A stretch of 48,101 bases of DNA from Tubiluchus corallicola (lineage: Eukaryota > Animalia > Priapulida), in assembly GCA_030141605.1 (NCBI GenBank), contig JAQGDQ010001312.1, positions 1 to 48,101 of the forward strand. The letters are read 5' to 3'. Below, piece after piece: positions 27,417 through 42,620 of this stretch. Positions within the stretch are counted from its first letter, which is position 1. Each line of letters begins with the position of its first letter. Under the pieces are notes generated by a model. The model made no database searches. It saw only the letters and a program-made list of their open reading frames with translations, and was not told where the DNA came from. A program made the translations under genes and the position numbers.

Positions 27417-30400
27417 GCACACAAAAGTTTCACAATTTTCATAGACACCTTTTGCTTCGATCAGGATTTTTGAAATCATCATCAGGTTCGCTGAATCTGT
27501 CGGCTTCATTCCTATGAAGCACTTTTTCATCTTCGTCAGACAAGTTCTTATTTTCGTACTGCGCAAAAAGATCTCGCTGCGTAGCTGGTGGGGAGAAATT
27601 CTGAACATCTTCACCAAAACCTAGAGGCAGCCGGTTGAAATTTCCAAATTTTGATTCGGATGGAAAACTATCGGCATCTTCCATGTTGCTGTCAAAATTA
27701 ACAATAGTTCTGATGAGCTTCACACACACAGATTCACAGTAATTTATTTCTTACTATGCTTCTATAGGTTTTACACGTCAAATGTAGACATAGGAATTTC
27801 GAATGTGTTTTGGTAACTCAAATGTGACTTAGGTAAGTCAAATGTAGACATAGAATTCTACATTTTATTTGTCAACGTTTTACAAAAAATGTCAGTAGAA
27901 AAGAATAAATTGGTTTCCACTTCCCAATGAACAGCGAATCACTAATTAGTTTTTTAAGTAATGCATTAGCACTGCATTAATGAATTAGTTTCTCTCAAGA
28001 AACATTGTTTATTTTAAGAATGTATTATTTTCTCTAACAGTTCCAGTGGTATGTAAAGTCTACAGAATATTAGCGAACTATTAGTAGGCCTATGATGTTG
28101 TTATTTTAACTTAAGAACAATGATTAAATTGAAATTAAAGAAGATTAAATTTAACATCATTAAACTTTACCACCTATCCACATTTGAGATACCAATGTCA
28201 CATTTGACTTGACATGTGTCTACATTTGACTTACCAAAAACACTTAAGATTTCTTGAAAACCATTGTTAACACATTTGAGCGACCAAAGTCTACATTTGA
28301 GTTACCAAGACACATTTGAATTACCTAAATCTACATTTGAGTTACCAAGACACATTTGAACTACCTAAGTCTACATTTGAGTTACCTACCACATGTCATC
28401 AAGTCCTAGGATTTCACTAAAATCCACAGTTTGATAGTGGCAACTCACCCCAACATACGTCCCTGTCTCCTACCACATGTCATCAAGTCCTAGGATTTCA
28501 CTAAAATCCACAGTTTGATAGTGCTAACCCACCTCAACATACGTCCCTGTCTCCCACCACATGTCATCAAGTCCTAAAACTTCACTAAAATCCACAGTTT
28601 GATAGTGCTAACCCACCTCAACATATGTCCCTGTCTCCTACCACATGTCATCAAGTCCTAGGATTTCACTAAGATCCACAGTTTGATAGTGGCAACTCAC
28701 CCCAACATACGTCCCTGTCTCCTACCACATGTCATCAAGTCCTAGGATTTCACTAAAATCCACAGTTTGATAGTGGCAACCCACCTCAACATACGTCCCT
28801 GTCTCCTACCACGTGTCATCAAGTCCTAGGATTTCACTAAAATCCACAGTTTGATAGTGGCAACCCACCCCAACATACGTCCCTGTCTCCTACCACATGT
28901 CATCAAGTCCTAGGATTTCACTAAAATCCACAGTTTGATAGTGGCAACCCACCTCAACATACGTCTCTGTCTCCTACCACATGTCATCAACTCCTAAAAC
29001 TTCACTAAAATCCACAGTTTGATAGTGCTAACCCACCTCAACATATGTCCCTGTCTCCTACCACATGTCATCAAGTCCTAGGACTTCAGTAAAATCCACA
29101 GTTTGATAGTGGCAACCCACCTCAACATACATCCCCGTCTCCCACCACATGTCATCAAGTCCTAGGATTTCACTAAAATCCACAGTTTGATAGTGGCAAC
29201 TCACCCCAACATACGTCCCTGTCTCCTACCACATGTCATCAAGTCCTAGGATTTCACTAAAATCCACAGTTTGATAGTGCTAACCCACCTCAACATACGT
29301 CCCTATCTCCTACCACATGTCATCAAGTCCTAGGATTTCACTAAAATCCACAGTTTGATAGTGGCAACCCACCTCAACATACGTCCCTGTCTCCTACCAC
29401 ATGTCATCAAGTCCTAGGATTTCACTAAAATCCACAGTTTGATAGTGGCAACCCACCTCAACATACGTCCCTGTCTCCTACCACATCTCATCAAGTCCTA
29501 GGATTTCACTAAAATCCACAGTTTGATAGTGGCAACCCACCTCAACATACGTCCCTGTCTCCTACCACATGTCATCAAGTCCTAGGATTTCACTAAAATC
29601 CACAGTTTGATAGTGACAACCCACCCCAACATACGTCCCTGTCTCCTACCACATGTCATCAAGTCCTAGGATTTCACTAAAATCCACAGTTTGATAGTGG
29701 CAACTCACCCCAACATACGTCCCTGTCTCCTACCACATGTCATCAACTCCTAGGATTTCACTAAAATCCACAGTTTGATAGTGGCAACCCACCTCAACAT
29801 ACGTCCCTGTCTCCTACCACATGTCATCAAGTCCTAGGATTTCACTAAAATTCACAGTTTGATAGTGGCAACCCACCTCAACATACGTCCCTGTCTCCTA
29901 CCACATGTCATCAAGTCCTAGGATTTCACTAAAATCCACAGTTTGATAGTGGCAACTCACCCCAACATACGTCCCTATCTCTTACCACATGTCATCAAGT
30001 CCTAGGATTTCACTAAAATCCACAGTTTGATAGTGGCAACCCACCTCAACATACGTCCCTGTCTCCTACCACATGTCATCAAGTCCTAGGATTTCACTAA
30101 AATCCACAGTTTGATAGTGGCAACCCAGTGGAGGAAAGTGTCGACATTCTTGTCTCCGTTAATCAATAATCAGTTATCAACTACAACCAATTACGACCTC
30201 CTCTTTATCATTCAACCTCCTCTTTCGCTCCCAACACGTCGCTTTCAAATGAAACAACTTTGCCACGCTAACAAAACGACGTACCTGTATAATTCGTTGT
30301 CATCGCCATGTCCAGCGAGCTGTGGGGTTTGAGTGGGACGGACATCTTCTGCCGCGTTCTGTAAGATCTGCGATATCACTTCATTATCTTTCTTACTGCG

Positions 30401-31361
30401 GTCACTAAACAGCCGAGGAGGTGGGGGAATCATAGATCTTTTCCTGGATATTTGAATTAAAAAATCATTATAACTGATTTAGGAATAGAGAATAACAAGC
30501 AGTAACTGCTGCAGCATAGTACTTTTGACTACGGCCAAATCATGTTGAAAACACCGGTTCTCGTCTGATCACCAAAGTTAAGCAACGTAGAGCCTGGTTA
30601 GTGCTTGGATGGGTGACCGCCTAGGAATACCAGGTGCTGTAGGCTTGCGTGATGCCCACACTGTATCTCGACACTAGGCGGAGGAGCTGCACAAGGCAGC
30701 CAACGGCTAGAGGGCGGAGGAGGTCAAGTGACCCAACGGCCATGTGTACAGGAGTAAACCTTCCAAATCAGGAGTGGAGCTCCGAAGGCAGACCAGTGCA
30801 GCATGCTCACTGACTCCGGCAGCCAACCTGGTGCCAAACGTATCGCTCCGCTTTCCTTTGGACTACACCAGGGAGGAAGAGAGGGGGTTCCTGTTGTCTG
30901 GGCAATTCAGGATCTCCATACACCTTGCCCAGGCGTGTGCCCTGGAGACGTACAAGGATCGCACTGCTCAGCCACAGTCGACGCTGCAGCTCCATCAATG
31001 TGATCAATAACCGACTCTCTTGGCGCACACTCCATTGTCTTCCGAGACAGAAGGATGCCAACCAACCATATTTATATATAAATATAATGCAGCATGACAG
31101 AATGCAGCATGACTGAATGGTTCTAGTAACAGTAACAACAAAGTACTCAAATAAATACAGAATTTATAAATAATTAAAAAATACAAACCATGGTGGTTTG
31201 AAGTTCTCACGCGCTTTTGGCGCCTTTTGCAGAATCGCTGACACGTTCGGACGTATGAGCTGTGATGAAAGAATCTTATCTTCATTCATAGTCAGCTGAG
31301 ATAAATTGTGCAGTTCACGTAATGGTGGTGCTGTCGGTATGACTGCCATTTTACCGTGCAT
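25944..31361 (-). CDS. Mirror copy of uncharacterised gene; exons 31189-31361, 30285-30443, 27449-27688, 25944-26051
   Basis: Exon translations match the left-arm copy. Confidence 0.65.
30527..31088 (+). mobile_element. Mirror copy of 5S-derived SINE (5S head 30527-30646)
   Basis: Reverse complement of 17011-17572. Confidence 0.8.
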
Positions 31362-34300
31362 TCGTTATCAGTACCTCAGATATTACCTAGAATTCTTAGA
31401 ACTGCGCTCCGGGGGCCGGGATAAGAGAGAATTAAAAACTGCAACTGTCATGTATAAAGTTAATTTAAACAATACAGTCAACCTCGGGTATAAGATACTT
31501 GCTTATAAGGGGCAATAACTATTTTGCGTAACATTTTCTGTGATAAAAATCTTTGTATATAACGTACTCGGATATAAGGGACGATAACTTCAGGTCCCGC
31601 GCAACAGAAACACAGGTAAATTACCTTGCACATAAAGGACCCTATGACCAAAGGAAAATTGATCGATTTTTAACCTCAATTTTTCACAAACTCGGCCTTC
31701 AAACAGCTCGGTTTCCACAGTCACATACATCTCGCATCACTGAAAGAGCTTCCTACATTCCGTTTGAACTGAATGTGTAGCAATAATCCATAAAAAGTAA
31801 AAGTACGAAAAAGTACAGATGTAAATACACCCTCTGTCCCTTATATCCTAGGTTGACTATAGTTTATTTGAAGAAAATAATATATACAAACGTAATTAGT
31901 CAACTAGTGATTGGCTAACAGGATACACGAATATTAAAGCCTTTCGAAGTGTAAATACATCACTATACAATTTTCGTAAGTAGACGATCACAAAAAATTA
32001 TAAGTTACTCAGTTAAAAATGAAACAAAATAGTTATTATGCACTTGATGTTGAGTAGGTGAGTGCGAAAGGGTCGGACAAATTAGTTATCTGTTTGATGC
32101 TGACAGAAGGTTGCAAGAATAGAATGAACGAAGGTGATGACTAATGAAGAAGAATGGAAAAAATTATTAGCAGGACTTATAGTTAGTATCAATTTCGTAT
32201 TATTTGTTATAATCATTGTAAAGTAGTATGAAAAATTTACAACTATTGAAAGTATATATATAATTTTATTAAACTTTCAGTTATATTGTTTACTATTTTT
32301 TAATGTGAGTCCAAAAATTAAGCAATGCATGTAGTCTATAAAGAAAAGTTAGGAGATATACTAATAAGTACTCATGAGAATCTACATGTGTGAATAATTA
32401 GGATGACTGCCGTCAGTCAATAGGACCACCACGCCAAGATTTAGGTAGGCCATGTGTTTCCGGTCTCGATTACTGTAACAACAATTATTTGTAAAGGTTC
32501 CTGCTTTAATGACCAAAAGTAGTGGTCGCACTGACACGGTACTAAAAATAACACATCAATAAGCTACACATTTTTCTCTTTAATTTAGTTTAGGCGAGTA
32601 AAATGACCACCAAAATTACTAAAACAACACGTCAAAACAGCAGACAGCAACAGCGCTTTATAAGCTGGCTGCAAATGGTTTGAAGTTTCAAAAACTGGTG
32701 CTGTGAGTTCGACGCAAAGTAATTTTTTATAATTGTAACACACCGCAACGACCACATCATGGCTGTGGACTGTGGCATTCAGCGAAAAATCACTATAATT
32801 TGTGATAAATTTAATAAAGTTTTATTTCGGACACAGTCGTAGATAATATCTAAAATATACAATGCATATTTTTAATGTGGTCCTGTTTATTATTATTTTG
32901 GTACACATGCTAGTTTAGTAAATCCACACCATGCATCAGGAAACCAGGAGTAGAATTTTCCAATCTTTGGTAACATTGCTACTTGTGTAACTTGTTCGCA
33001 GAATTAAATGGTCTGAAGTAAATCCTATGTACTCTAAGGGCCTACTCGACTTCATGGGCGAAAAGCAAGTACACTAAGGGTATTATTAATCTAGCAATTG
33101 CACCAAGTTGAAGATTTGCTCACGAATCGACGGAAATTATTTTTTATGCTGTATCAAAATTGATCCAAGATTCCCCAGAAATAAAATTCATCATAGACAT
33201 CATCCTGCATAATATATCCTCAGCATTCTCAGCAAAAAAAACTTGTTTGGATTTCAAGTGACGTTTGGTTTTACAGCTGTAGAATGGGTTATTTACAGTA
33301 TTGAATTTGTCTTAATAATTATTGTATGGACACATTACGTTAATAAAATTCCGATTCACTTCATGGGTTCAATCGACTCTAAATTACTGTCAGGAAAACA
33401 TCCTTTTTCTTAAATTATTGTTTTCTTCATGGTGGTGCACAAATCAAAATGACAAATTCATTTGATGTGGCCTTTTTGTGCACTCGATTACTTTAAATGC
33501 AATGAAATTAGCTCCAAAGCCGAAACTGTCAACCCCAATAGCAACGACTTGCCACACAGTAATAGTGAGTTAGGAATTTAAAGGTTTAGGAGCAAGGTGA
33601 TATCTCAATTGCAATGACAGCGAGGTAAATCTGACACCTGCACTATCACACTCTGTATACACTGTATATGCAATACTCTATATACACTGTACTGCAGTAT
33701 GTTATACCTACCACCATGCTATGCACTATCACACTCTGTATACACTGTATATGCAATACTCTATATACACTGTGCTGCAGTATGGTATACCTACCACCAC
33801 GCTATAGTAAGCTATACCAAACAATAGTGAATACACTGTATATGCAATATTCTATATACACTGTACTGCAGTATGTTATACCTACCACCATGCTATGCAC
33901 TATCACACCCTGTATACACTGTATATGCAATACTCTATATACACTGTACTGCAGTATGTTATACCTACCACCATGCTATGCACTATCACACCCTGTATAC
34001 ACTGTATATGCAATACTCTATATACACTGTACTGTAGTATGGTATACCTACCACCACGCTATAGTAAGCTATACCAAACAATAGTGAATACACTGTATAT
34101 GCAATACTCTATATACACTGTACTGTAGTATGGTATACCTACCAACACGCTATAGTAAGCTATACCAAACAATAGTGAATACACTGTATATGCAATACTC
34201 TATATACACTGTACTGCAGTATGTTATACCTACCACCATGCTATGCACTATCACACCCTGTATACACTGTATATGCAATACTCTATATACACTGTACTGC

Positions 34301-36100
34301 AGTATGTTATACCTACCACCATGCTATGCACTATCACACCCTGTATACACTGTATATGCAATACTCTATATACACTGTACTGTAGTATGGTATACCTACC
34401 ACCACGCTATAGTAAGCTATACCAAACAATAGTGAATACACTGTATATGCAATACTCTATATACACTGTACTGCAGTATGTTATACCTACCACCATGCTA
34501 TATTTTTTTACGGAAAACCGGATGATTGTGTAAACACGTGAAAACTACAATTGGATACTCAAATTTCGTTAAATTTTCAAAGCTACGCACGGCTCAGTGA
34601 ATCTACTAAGATTGGCAGTGGTGCCTTTTTGTCACATTTGCATGGCCCATTTTTCATGACATCATGCATTTAAGCAGTAACACTTATGTAAATGTGCTTG
34701 ACCCGCAAGGGAAGATGCCCTCCATTGCACAAACAGTGGTTAGTTTCTGACGTAAGCAATAGCTGTGTTCGGTTGCCATTAATTAACTTTCTAAGCTAAT
34801 TATTCAAATATAAGGAACAACTGTTAACTTTTATAGGCAAGAAAATTTATATGTTGGACAGTAAATTAAAATGAGATTGGGTCTAAACAATCGTCCTGTC
34901 TTCCTTTAAACAAAACCAAAACAGTAAGAGCTGGCAACCAAGATGTTATAAAAGCTCTGCCAGCGAGTACACTTATACCATTTACGAGAAATTCACTTTT
35001 TCATTTAGGTACATAATGTACCTAAACAGCCACCGTCATAGCCAAAAAAGTGTACTGATTGGCACAACAAAGACTAAATTGACTCTAAAAAAAATCACAT
35101 CACAAATTTGCAGTTATGCTGATTTTCTATTACGTGATATTGCATTTCAAGAAACTTTTAAGAATTCATTATCAGTAGTGCAAGTCATGCTCTTAACAAA
35201 CACCTGACAATAGGGTGCATAAGATTATGAATATGTATAAAATAAATAAAATAGCTTATTTTATGGATTTTTGAAATTTTATTTTATGGATATCAATAAA
35301 ATAAGAAATAGACTATATCTGGAACGAGATGCCCAGGGGGAAATCAATTAAAAAGTAAAAACAGGAGTGCTTGAAACGTGTTTTTAAACACGCAGGACTT
35401 GGTTTCAGACCGAACTCCAGCTCATGCTTTGGTTGAAACTTCGACATCTTGATAACAAAAAGACAATGAGAAAAAAACCAATGTAAAATAGCAAATCCGC
35501 AAATGCGCTTTTGTTGGTTTGTTTTCTTTCTCTTTCTCTCCTAACGTTCGTTTTCAGTGTTGCCAATGCTTACAACTCGCTACTTTGTACAAAAAATCAC
35601 AAAAAAAAATATTTTTTTATTTTATGCATTTTTTATTTTATGAATTTTTCAAATTTTATTTTATGGATTTTTGGTCTTATTTTATGGATATCCATAATCT
35701 TATGCAGCCTGGCTGACATACACTGGCTCACACTACGTATTACATCTTCTAGAACTATTTGTCAAAGACAGCAACTATAAAGTAAACGTATAACTCAGAA
35801 GCCAAACTTCTAGTAAACAGCTTTCTTTATACTCTATTATAATATCAAAAAATGCACATTATTAAAAATAGCAGTAATTTCGAATTGTCACATAACACTG
35901 CTGTACAGTGGTCATTTAAAAATCATTTTGACACGTTTATAATTCAAAATTCAACACTTGAACTTGAATCTGTTCAAAAAGTGAGTGAAGTCACAACTGA
36001 AACTGCATCAGCCTTACAAAGGTGTGTAAGTTGAGTGATTTAACAGCCGGCCTTCCAATTAGTCACAGAGATGTACAGCTACGTATCATTCACAAGATAA

Positions 36101-39100
36101 TTATACGTTCACTTGTTTTTTCTTTCTGTTAGCTCTCTTGCTGTTTACAGTTTTTTGAAGGTTTTTCGCTGGCTTAGATTTTTCTATAACAGAACTTCGC
36201 TTCTTGTCGAGCGACTGTGCACCGACTGTTCTCGCTCTGCTAGTTTTGCCGCTGCTTAATCGAAGACTTGCAAGTCTGGACGATTTTACGGCACGAGGCG
36301 GAGTTTTAAAAGCGATTTCGTCTTCGCTGGAGTCCTCCACTAAAACTGCCTCTGCCTCCGTAGACTGGATGGCCGTACCAAATTCATCTTCCAGTTTCAC
36401 ATCTGGTTCATCTATGGCGGACTGCTACATAGGAATAAAAATGAAATAAATAGAGTACAACAGAAGTATTATACATTAGTAGTACGTTAAGTGGAGGCCA
36501 GAGCCGCGCCGTTTCAGCTATATTACGTAACAGAATAGTAACCAATAAACAGACTAGGCTTCTTAAAGCATATGCATACTGTAGAAACGCCACTGCTCCT
36601 TTGCTTGGTGTTCATTAACAGAAACCAAATCCAGATTTTTAAAAGTTCCGCTAGTGCATGTAAATTGCACGTATCTTCCACAGTTAAAGCTCTTCATACC
36701 ACCTACTTTGGGGCTGCAAAAAAGTTGGTGTTGCAGTAAGTTTGGCGTTATAACGATGCAAATATGATCATTTTGTTTTGCTAAAAATTTGAGGGTTAAG
36801 CGAGGTCGGCACTATCAAGGGTATTACAATGAGGTTTGATTGTACTTACATACGTAAACTATGGTTTGATTGTACTTACATAAGTAAACTATAGTTTGAT
36901 TGTACTTACATACGTGAACTATGGTTTGATTGTACTTACATACATAAACTATGGTTTGACTGTGCTTACACACATAAACTATGGTTTGATTGTATTTACA
37001 TACGTAAACTATAGTTTGATTGTACTTACATACGTAAACTATGGTTTAATTGTACTTACATACATAAACTATGGTTTGACTGTACTTACACACATAAACT
37101 ATGGTTTGATTATATTTACATACGTAAACTATAGTTTGACTGTACTTACATACCTGAACTATGGTTTGATTGTACTTACACACATAAACTATGGTTTGAC
37201 TGTACTTACATACGTAAACTATGGTTTGACTGTACTTACACACATAAACTATGGTTTGATTGTATTTACATACGTAAACTATGGTTTGATTGTACTTACA
37301 TACGTAAACTATGGTTTGACTGTACTTACATACGTAAACTATGGTTTGACTGTACTTACATACGTAAACTATGGTTTGATTGTACTTACATGCGTAAACT
37401 ATGGTTTGATTGTACTTACATACGTAAACTATAGTTTGACTGTACTTACATACGTGAACTATGGTTTGATTGTACTTACATACATAAACTATGGTTTGAC
37501 TGTACTTACACACATAAACTATGGTTTGATTGTATTTACATACGTAAACTATGGTTTGATTGTACTTACATACGTAAACTATGGTTTGACTGTACTTACA
37601 TACGTAAACTATGGTTTGACTGTACTTACATACGTAAACTATGGTTTGACTGTACTTACATACGTAAACTATGGTTTGATTGTACTTACATACGTAAACT
37701 ATGGTTTGATTGTACTTACATACGTAAACTATAGTTTGATTGTACTTACATACGTAAACTATAGTAAATACCTGAAAGTTGTAGTCGATTCCCAGAGATT
37801 TCAGCTTCTTATTTCGAGCTTTCATTTTGTGCCTAAGTTTCGTTCGCTCCGTGGCGGGATCTTTCCCAAGATTGTGCCGCTGAATGGCCAACAATCTGCT
37901 CTTGGGTTTGCGAAATTTCTTAAAAGCGCCATCCCACAGTTTAGGATGCACTTCATCCGGCGGGACATACTGACCTGAAATTAATGGTAAATTGTATTAA
38001 ATTGATGTGAGAGGATACCTAGTAGGATCATTTGTTACAAAGCTAGCATGGTACATACAAGACAGATTCATCAGAGCCTCACACCCTATCAACACATGTA
38101 CATGTCCATCCATATGCACACACATACACATGCACACACATTAGGAAAACGTCACGTTACCAACAATTAGCGTAACAGTTAATTAATTGAAGAAGGTGAT
38201 GAACACCTTGGGCCGACCACCCCCCCCCCCCAATCCACACACACACACAACTATACCAAATCCACAGTTACCAGGAGAATCCTGACCAGAATTCGGATTT
38301 TGTCCACTACTCTTCAATCAGCAAACAACGTCAGCCACGACCAGATGTGCAACTTCGCCATAGTTACAACAAAACAAAAACTGAAACTCTCCACTCAAGC
38401 AAACTCACTACGTGCAGAAAAGAAGAAAGGAGAAAATGGAAAAAGGAAAAAAGCAAAACGAAAGTAACTGATGTAACAATAATAGTAGCTTAACGTCAGG
38501 AAGCTCAGATCCACAATCAATTATACGTTAAAGCAAAACAGGACAATTTTTCATTGTCCCCATTTTGAAGTACAGTAAAAAGTATACATTTCAACACCTA
38601 CACTAATGCTTTTCTGATAATGAAATTATAGGTTAAGAACTTGATAAATGGCGGGCGAGCCCAACTAGTGATGACATCAGAAGTGAACATAATTTTCAAC
38701 AGTGCAAACATTCCATGAGCAAAAGCAAAATTGACGCACAGTTTTACTGTATAACTGTCAGCGTAACATACAAAAACTTGACAAATTTTAACCCTTTCAG
38801 TCCCATATTATTTTTAATAAGAAAAAAAATTTTGGCTTAGTAACAGATCAAATAAATGTCAGTTTTAAAATTTTATTAATTTTAAAGGCAGAAAATATTC
38901 TCGTACCCCACGGGATAGAATGGGTATGAAAGGGTTAAGATAAAAATTCACATTTCAAATTTACTGCTGGGCTTACGCATGAGCTTCGAACGCTGGGGGA
39001 TTCATCATCCGGTTTTTATGCAATGCTTTGCCGAGGTGCTAGTGCCCATCTAACTAACGAATGACGAAATGCAGGTAACAATGAAGAACTAGCTGCAGGA

Positions 39101-41291
39101 ACATGAAATTACTTCGTATGATAATAATTCTTTCACGTAAGTGTGTAGTAATATTCTTTCATGTTTCCTTTCAATGTTTTAAAGAGTAGCTTATTTTGAC
39201 CTGCAGTTTAAGATTGGATCCAGTTTTCCTTTACCTGATTACAAATTGGATGAAATGTATGTGCTATTGATAAACTACAGAATCTAATAATACGACATGC
39301 CTGAAATATGAATCTTGCCTTCATAACAGTGACAAGTGAAAGCACATTTAATTGCTCTTCAAATATGGGAATTATATAATTACGAAAACTGTAACTTCTG
39401 CAAATGAATCACATTTAAAGGACAAGAAAAGGCCTAGTTAAAGCAAGTCTCAGAAAATTTTTGCTAAAGAATTATAACAGTTAGAGGCAATCTTAAGCGT
39501 TTATCATACTCGCGTTAAAAGAATTTCCTGTTTGTTTTCATTTCAAATACTCCCGCGAGACTGTCACGGCGGCACCATATTAGATGGCGTCACAGAACCA
39601 CAACACAAATCTTTATAGTACACGTGCTCAGAACTCACGGCGACTGTGTTCGAGTGATGTCATGCCACACCACATGATCAACTGGCGGACTAAATTAAAC
39701 ATGTCTGCGCCAATGTTTACTGCAGTGGTTGAAATATTTCACACAAATTGGAGTAAATGCAGAAAGGTGAGTACTTTATTCACTTAAGATTACACTTGGG
39801 TGATATAACTTCTTAATGCAAATTTTCTGAGGCTTACTTTGGTTGGCCATTTTCTTGTCCTTTAATCATTAGTGTCAAAAAACATGACTAATCTCAAATC
39901 CGAACACTGATAACTATTTGTGGTGTTAATCTAGGTAATGAAGACATCTCATGTTTCAATGTCTAAAAACCAGGGGCCGGATTCACTAACGCATTCGTAA
40001 GAATTTTCGCGGAAACTTCACAAGAATTGTTTTCGTAAAGTTTAACAACCTTCTTAGATTACGAAACCTTTGTGAATTCTGTCGTATGCCTAAGAAATTA
40101 TATTACGAAAGATCTTACTAATAAAACGGTTAATAAGACGCTTTGTGAATCCATCCAGCTTTATTTCTACAAACTTGCTGTCGTAACACGCATACTTCGC
40201 TTACATTTTATTAATCTCTCAAACATCAGATAATTGTTCATTGTTTCTGCTGCTATTTTGGCCACTTCTTCATACTCAAACTCGATGAATGCATAGCCTT
40301 TGCTATTTCCACTCTATAATAAACAATTTTCGTTGCATTACAACAGCTTACAATACCATTTACAAAAGCTTTGTAAAAACAGACTATACAATAAATGTAA
40401 TGGGGCTTATTTAAAGGAAAACCGGATGATTGTATAAACATTAGTCCAGAATAAAGAATACTCTAAACTATTGAAAATCACAATAGCTTTTTGTAAATCA
40501 AAGCTTAGGTTGAATAATAATTACCTCGGATACTCAAATTTCGTTAAACTTTCAAAGCTACGCGCGGCTCAGTGAATCTACTAAGATTGGCAGAGGTGCC
40601 TTTTTGTCAGATGCACGTAGCTGGCAAATAAAAGGCAGTACAGTGATAACCATGATCATGAACTGTAGTGTTAGTTTCTGACGTCATATGATGTAGAGCC
40701 CATTTTTCGTGACATCATGCATTTAAACCGTACTGCAATACTTATGCAAACGTGCTTGATGCGCAAGGGAAGATGCCTGCCATTGCACAAACTGTGGTTA
40801 ATTTCTGACGTAAGCAATAGCCGTGTTCGGTTGCCGTTTATTAATTTTCTAAGCTAATTATTTGAATATAAGAAACAATTGCTAACTTTTATAGGCAAAA
40901 AAATGTATTATGGTGTTCATTTGTACTGCTGGTTGAATAAACAAACAAACACTTACATCAAAAAAACAAAAAAGAAAAATACAGTAAGTTACAATAATGG
41001 CCGATACTGAGGGAAAATAACAATCTTTACAATAACGTGCACGCCAAATTGATTGTGATTAAACGATTAGACATTTTCACTTCTTAAATTTCAAAACTGT
41101 TGTATACAATGACATGGAAAATACCAAAAACCCCAAGTGGCCACATCAGTAACAACCAGAAACCTTACCTTCTTGCTACGTGAAAGTCGCAATTTTTTAA
41201 TATTTCCAAATTGTGAGAAGTAACTTTTGAGTTGAGGTTCAAACATTCCTCTTGGTAAGTGACCAACGTATATAACACCTGGCGACGTCAT
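36101..41291 (-). CDS. NIFK: Mirror copy of NIFK/Nop15-like gene; exons 41169-41291, 40205-40313, 37772-37974, 36101-36424
   Basis: Exon translations and splice sites match the left-arm copy. Confidence 0.9.
36835..37766. repeat. Mirror 30-bp minisatellite
   Basis: Reverse complement of 10331-11262 with the same variant order. Confidence 0.97.
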
Positions 41292-42551
41292 TCTTTCCTT
41301 ACTCTAAATTATAATTTAGCATCTGTAATCTGAAATCAGAACGACTTATTAATAATAATATCATGCCGTTAGTTACAATACCAAGTAGAACAACTGCCAA
41401 CTTTTTACAATTTACTCTGCTATGTATGCTTTTATTTGTTTATCTCGTGTTTGTTTAATCTCTTTGTTTAACTTGCTTAAATTATCTTAACATTTATTTT
41501 ACTTTTCACACTAAAAATACAATTCAGAAAAAAACATACACTGTTTGCACAATACAGTTGCATACGCTAGAAGCAGCAGTCAGCCATCAATGAAATTCAC
41601 GTGTTACCAGGCGAAAGAAAAGTTGAAAATCAGGTCGCTCAACACAGTTATTTGATTCAATCGTAATTTGTTATCCGTTAGCCGACGCAGTCAACGATGA
41701 CGATCAGCCTGACATTGAATAATTTAACGAATAAACGATGATTATGACAATGCCGCAATAATGCGTCGTTGCTTTGTTTTAAGTGGTTAATGTGAAAATA
41801 TATTCATGTGATATTGCTTTTTATTTGACATAATAGAAAACTGAATGCTGATTTTTTTAAGCAAACTTGCTATATAGCATGCCATTTCTATTATAATAGC
41901 ATGACACATTTTTAGCAGAAAAGAGCCATTCACAATTTAGTTGTTCACGAAGTTGGGAATATGTGCAAAGTCAGAAAGAGTACCTTTGGCAGTACAATAC
42001 ATTAAACATGAAACCCTGTACTTGTGATCATTATGTGTATGAACTAAAGGATGTTTTTAGTTTTAGATAAGTGAAGGTCGCTTTGTGGTGGGATAATATT
42101 AGTCAAAGTCAAAAGTAAATTTGAATAGTGGCAGAATGTTGAAATTCAGCATATTCACCACAACAGTTACTGTAACTGTGCGCATCATCAAGTAGCAAGT
42201 TGAGCAGTGAACGAAAAACTATCTGCATTGCAACTGATATCTACATTTTTAGCTTTCAGTAGGTGCGTTAGTATATGTCTTACATTTTAAGATTATAGCA
42301 GCAGTAGAAACGAACTTTTCGAGCCTTTTAACTCTTGATATTATAGTAAGTTCGCATAAGTATATTAATGTTTTTATTTTCTGATTGGCTCACATAGAAA
42401 CAAACAATAATTAAGCATTGAGCAAAGATTTGAAGAAACTCAGAAAATCTATATACAAATTTTAGTTTGATTGTTCAATTGTTTTCAAATTAACATTTGT
42501 ATGTCAGCCTCCACGCATGCAGTTAAAAACCTCAAAATGATATATATATAT

Positions 42552-42620
<69 letters not shown>
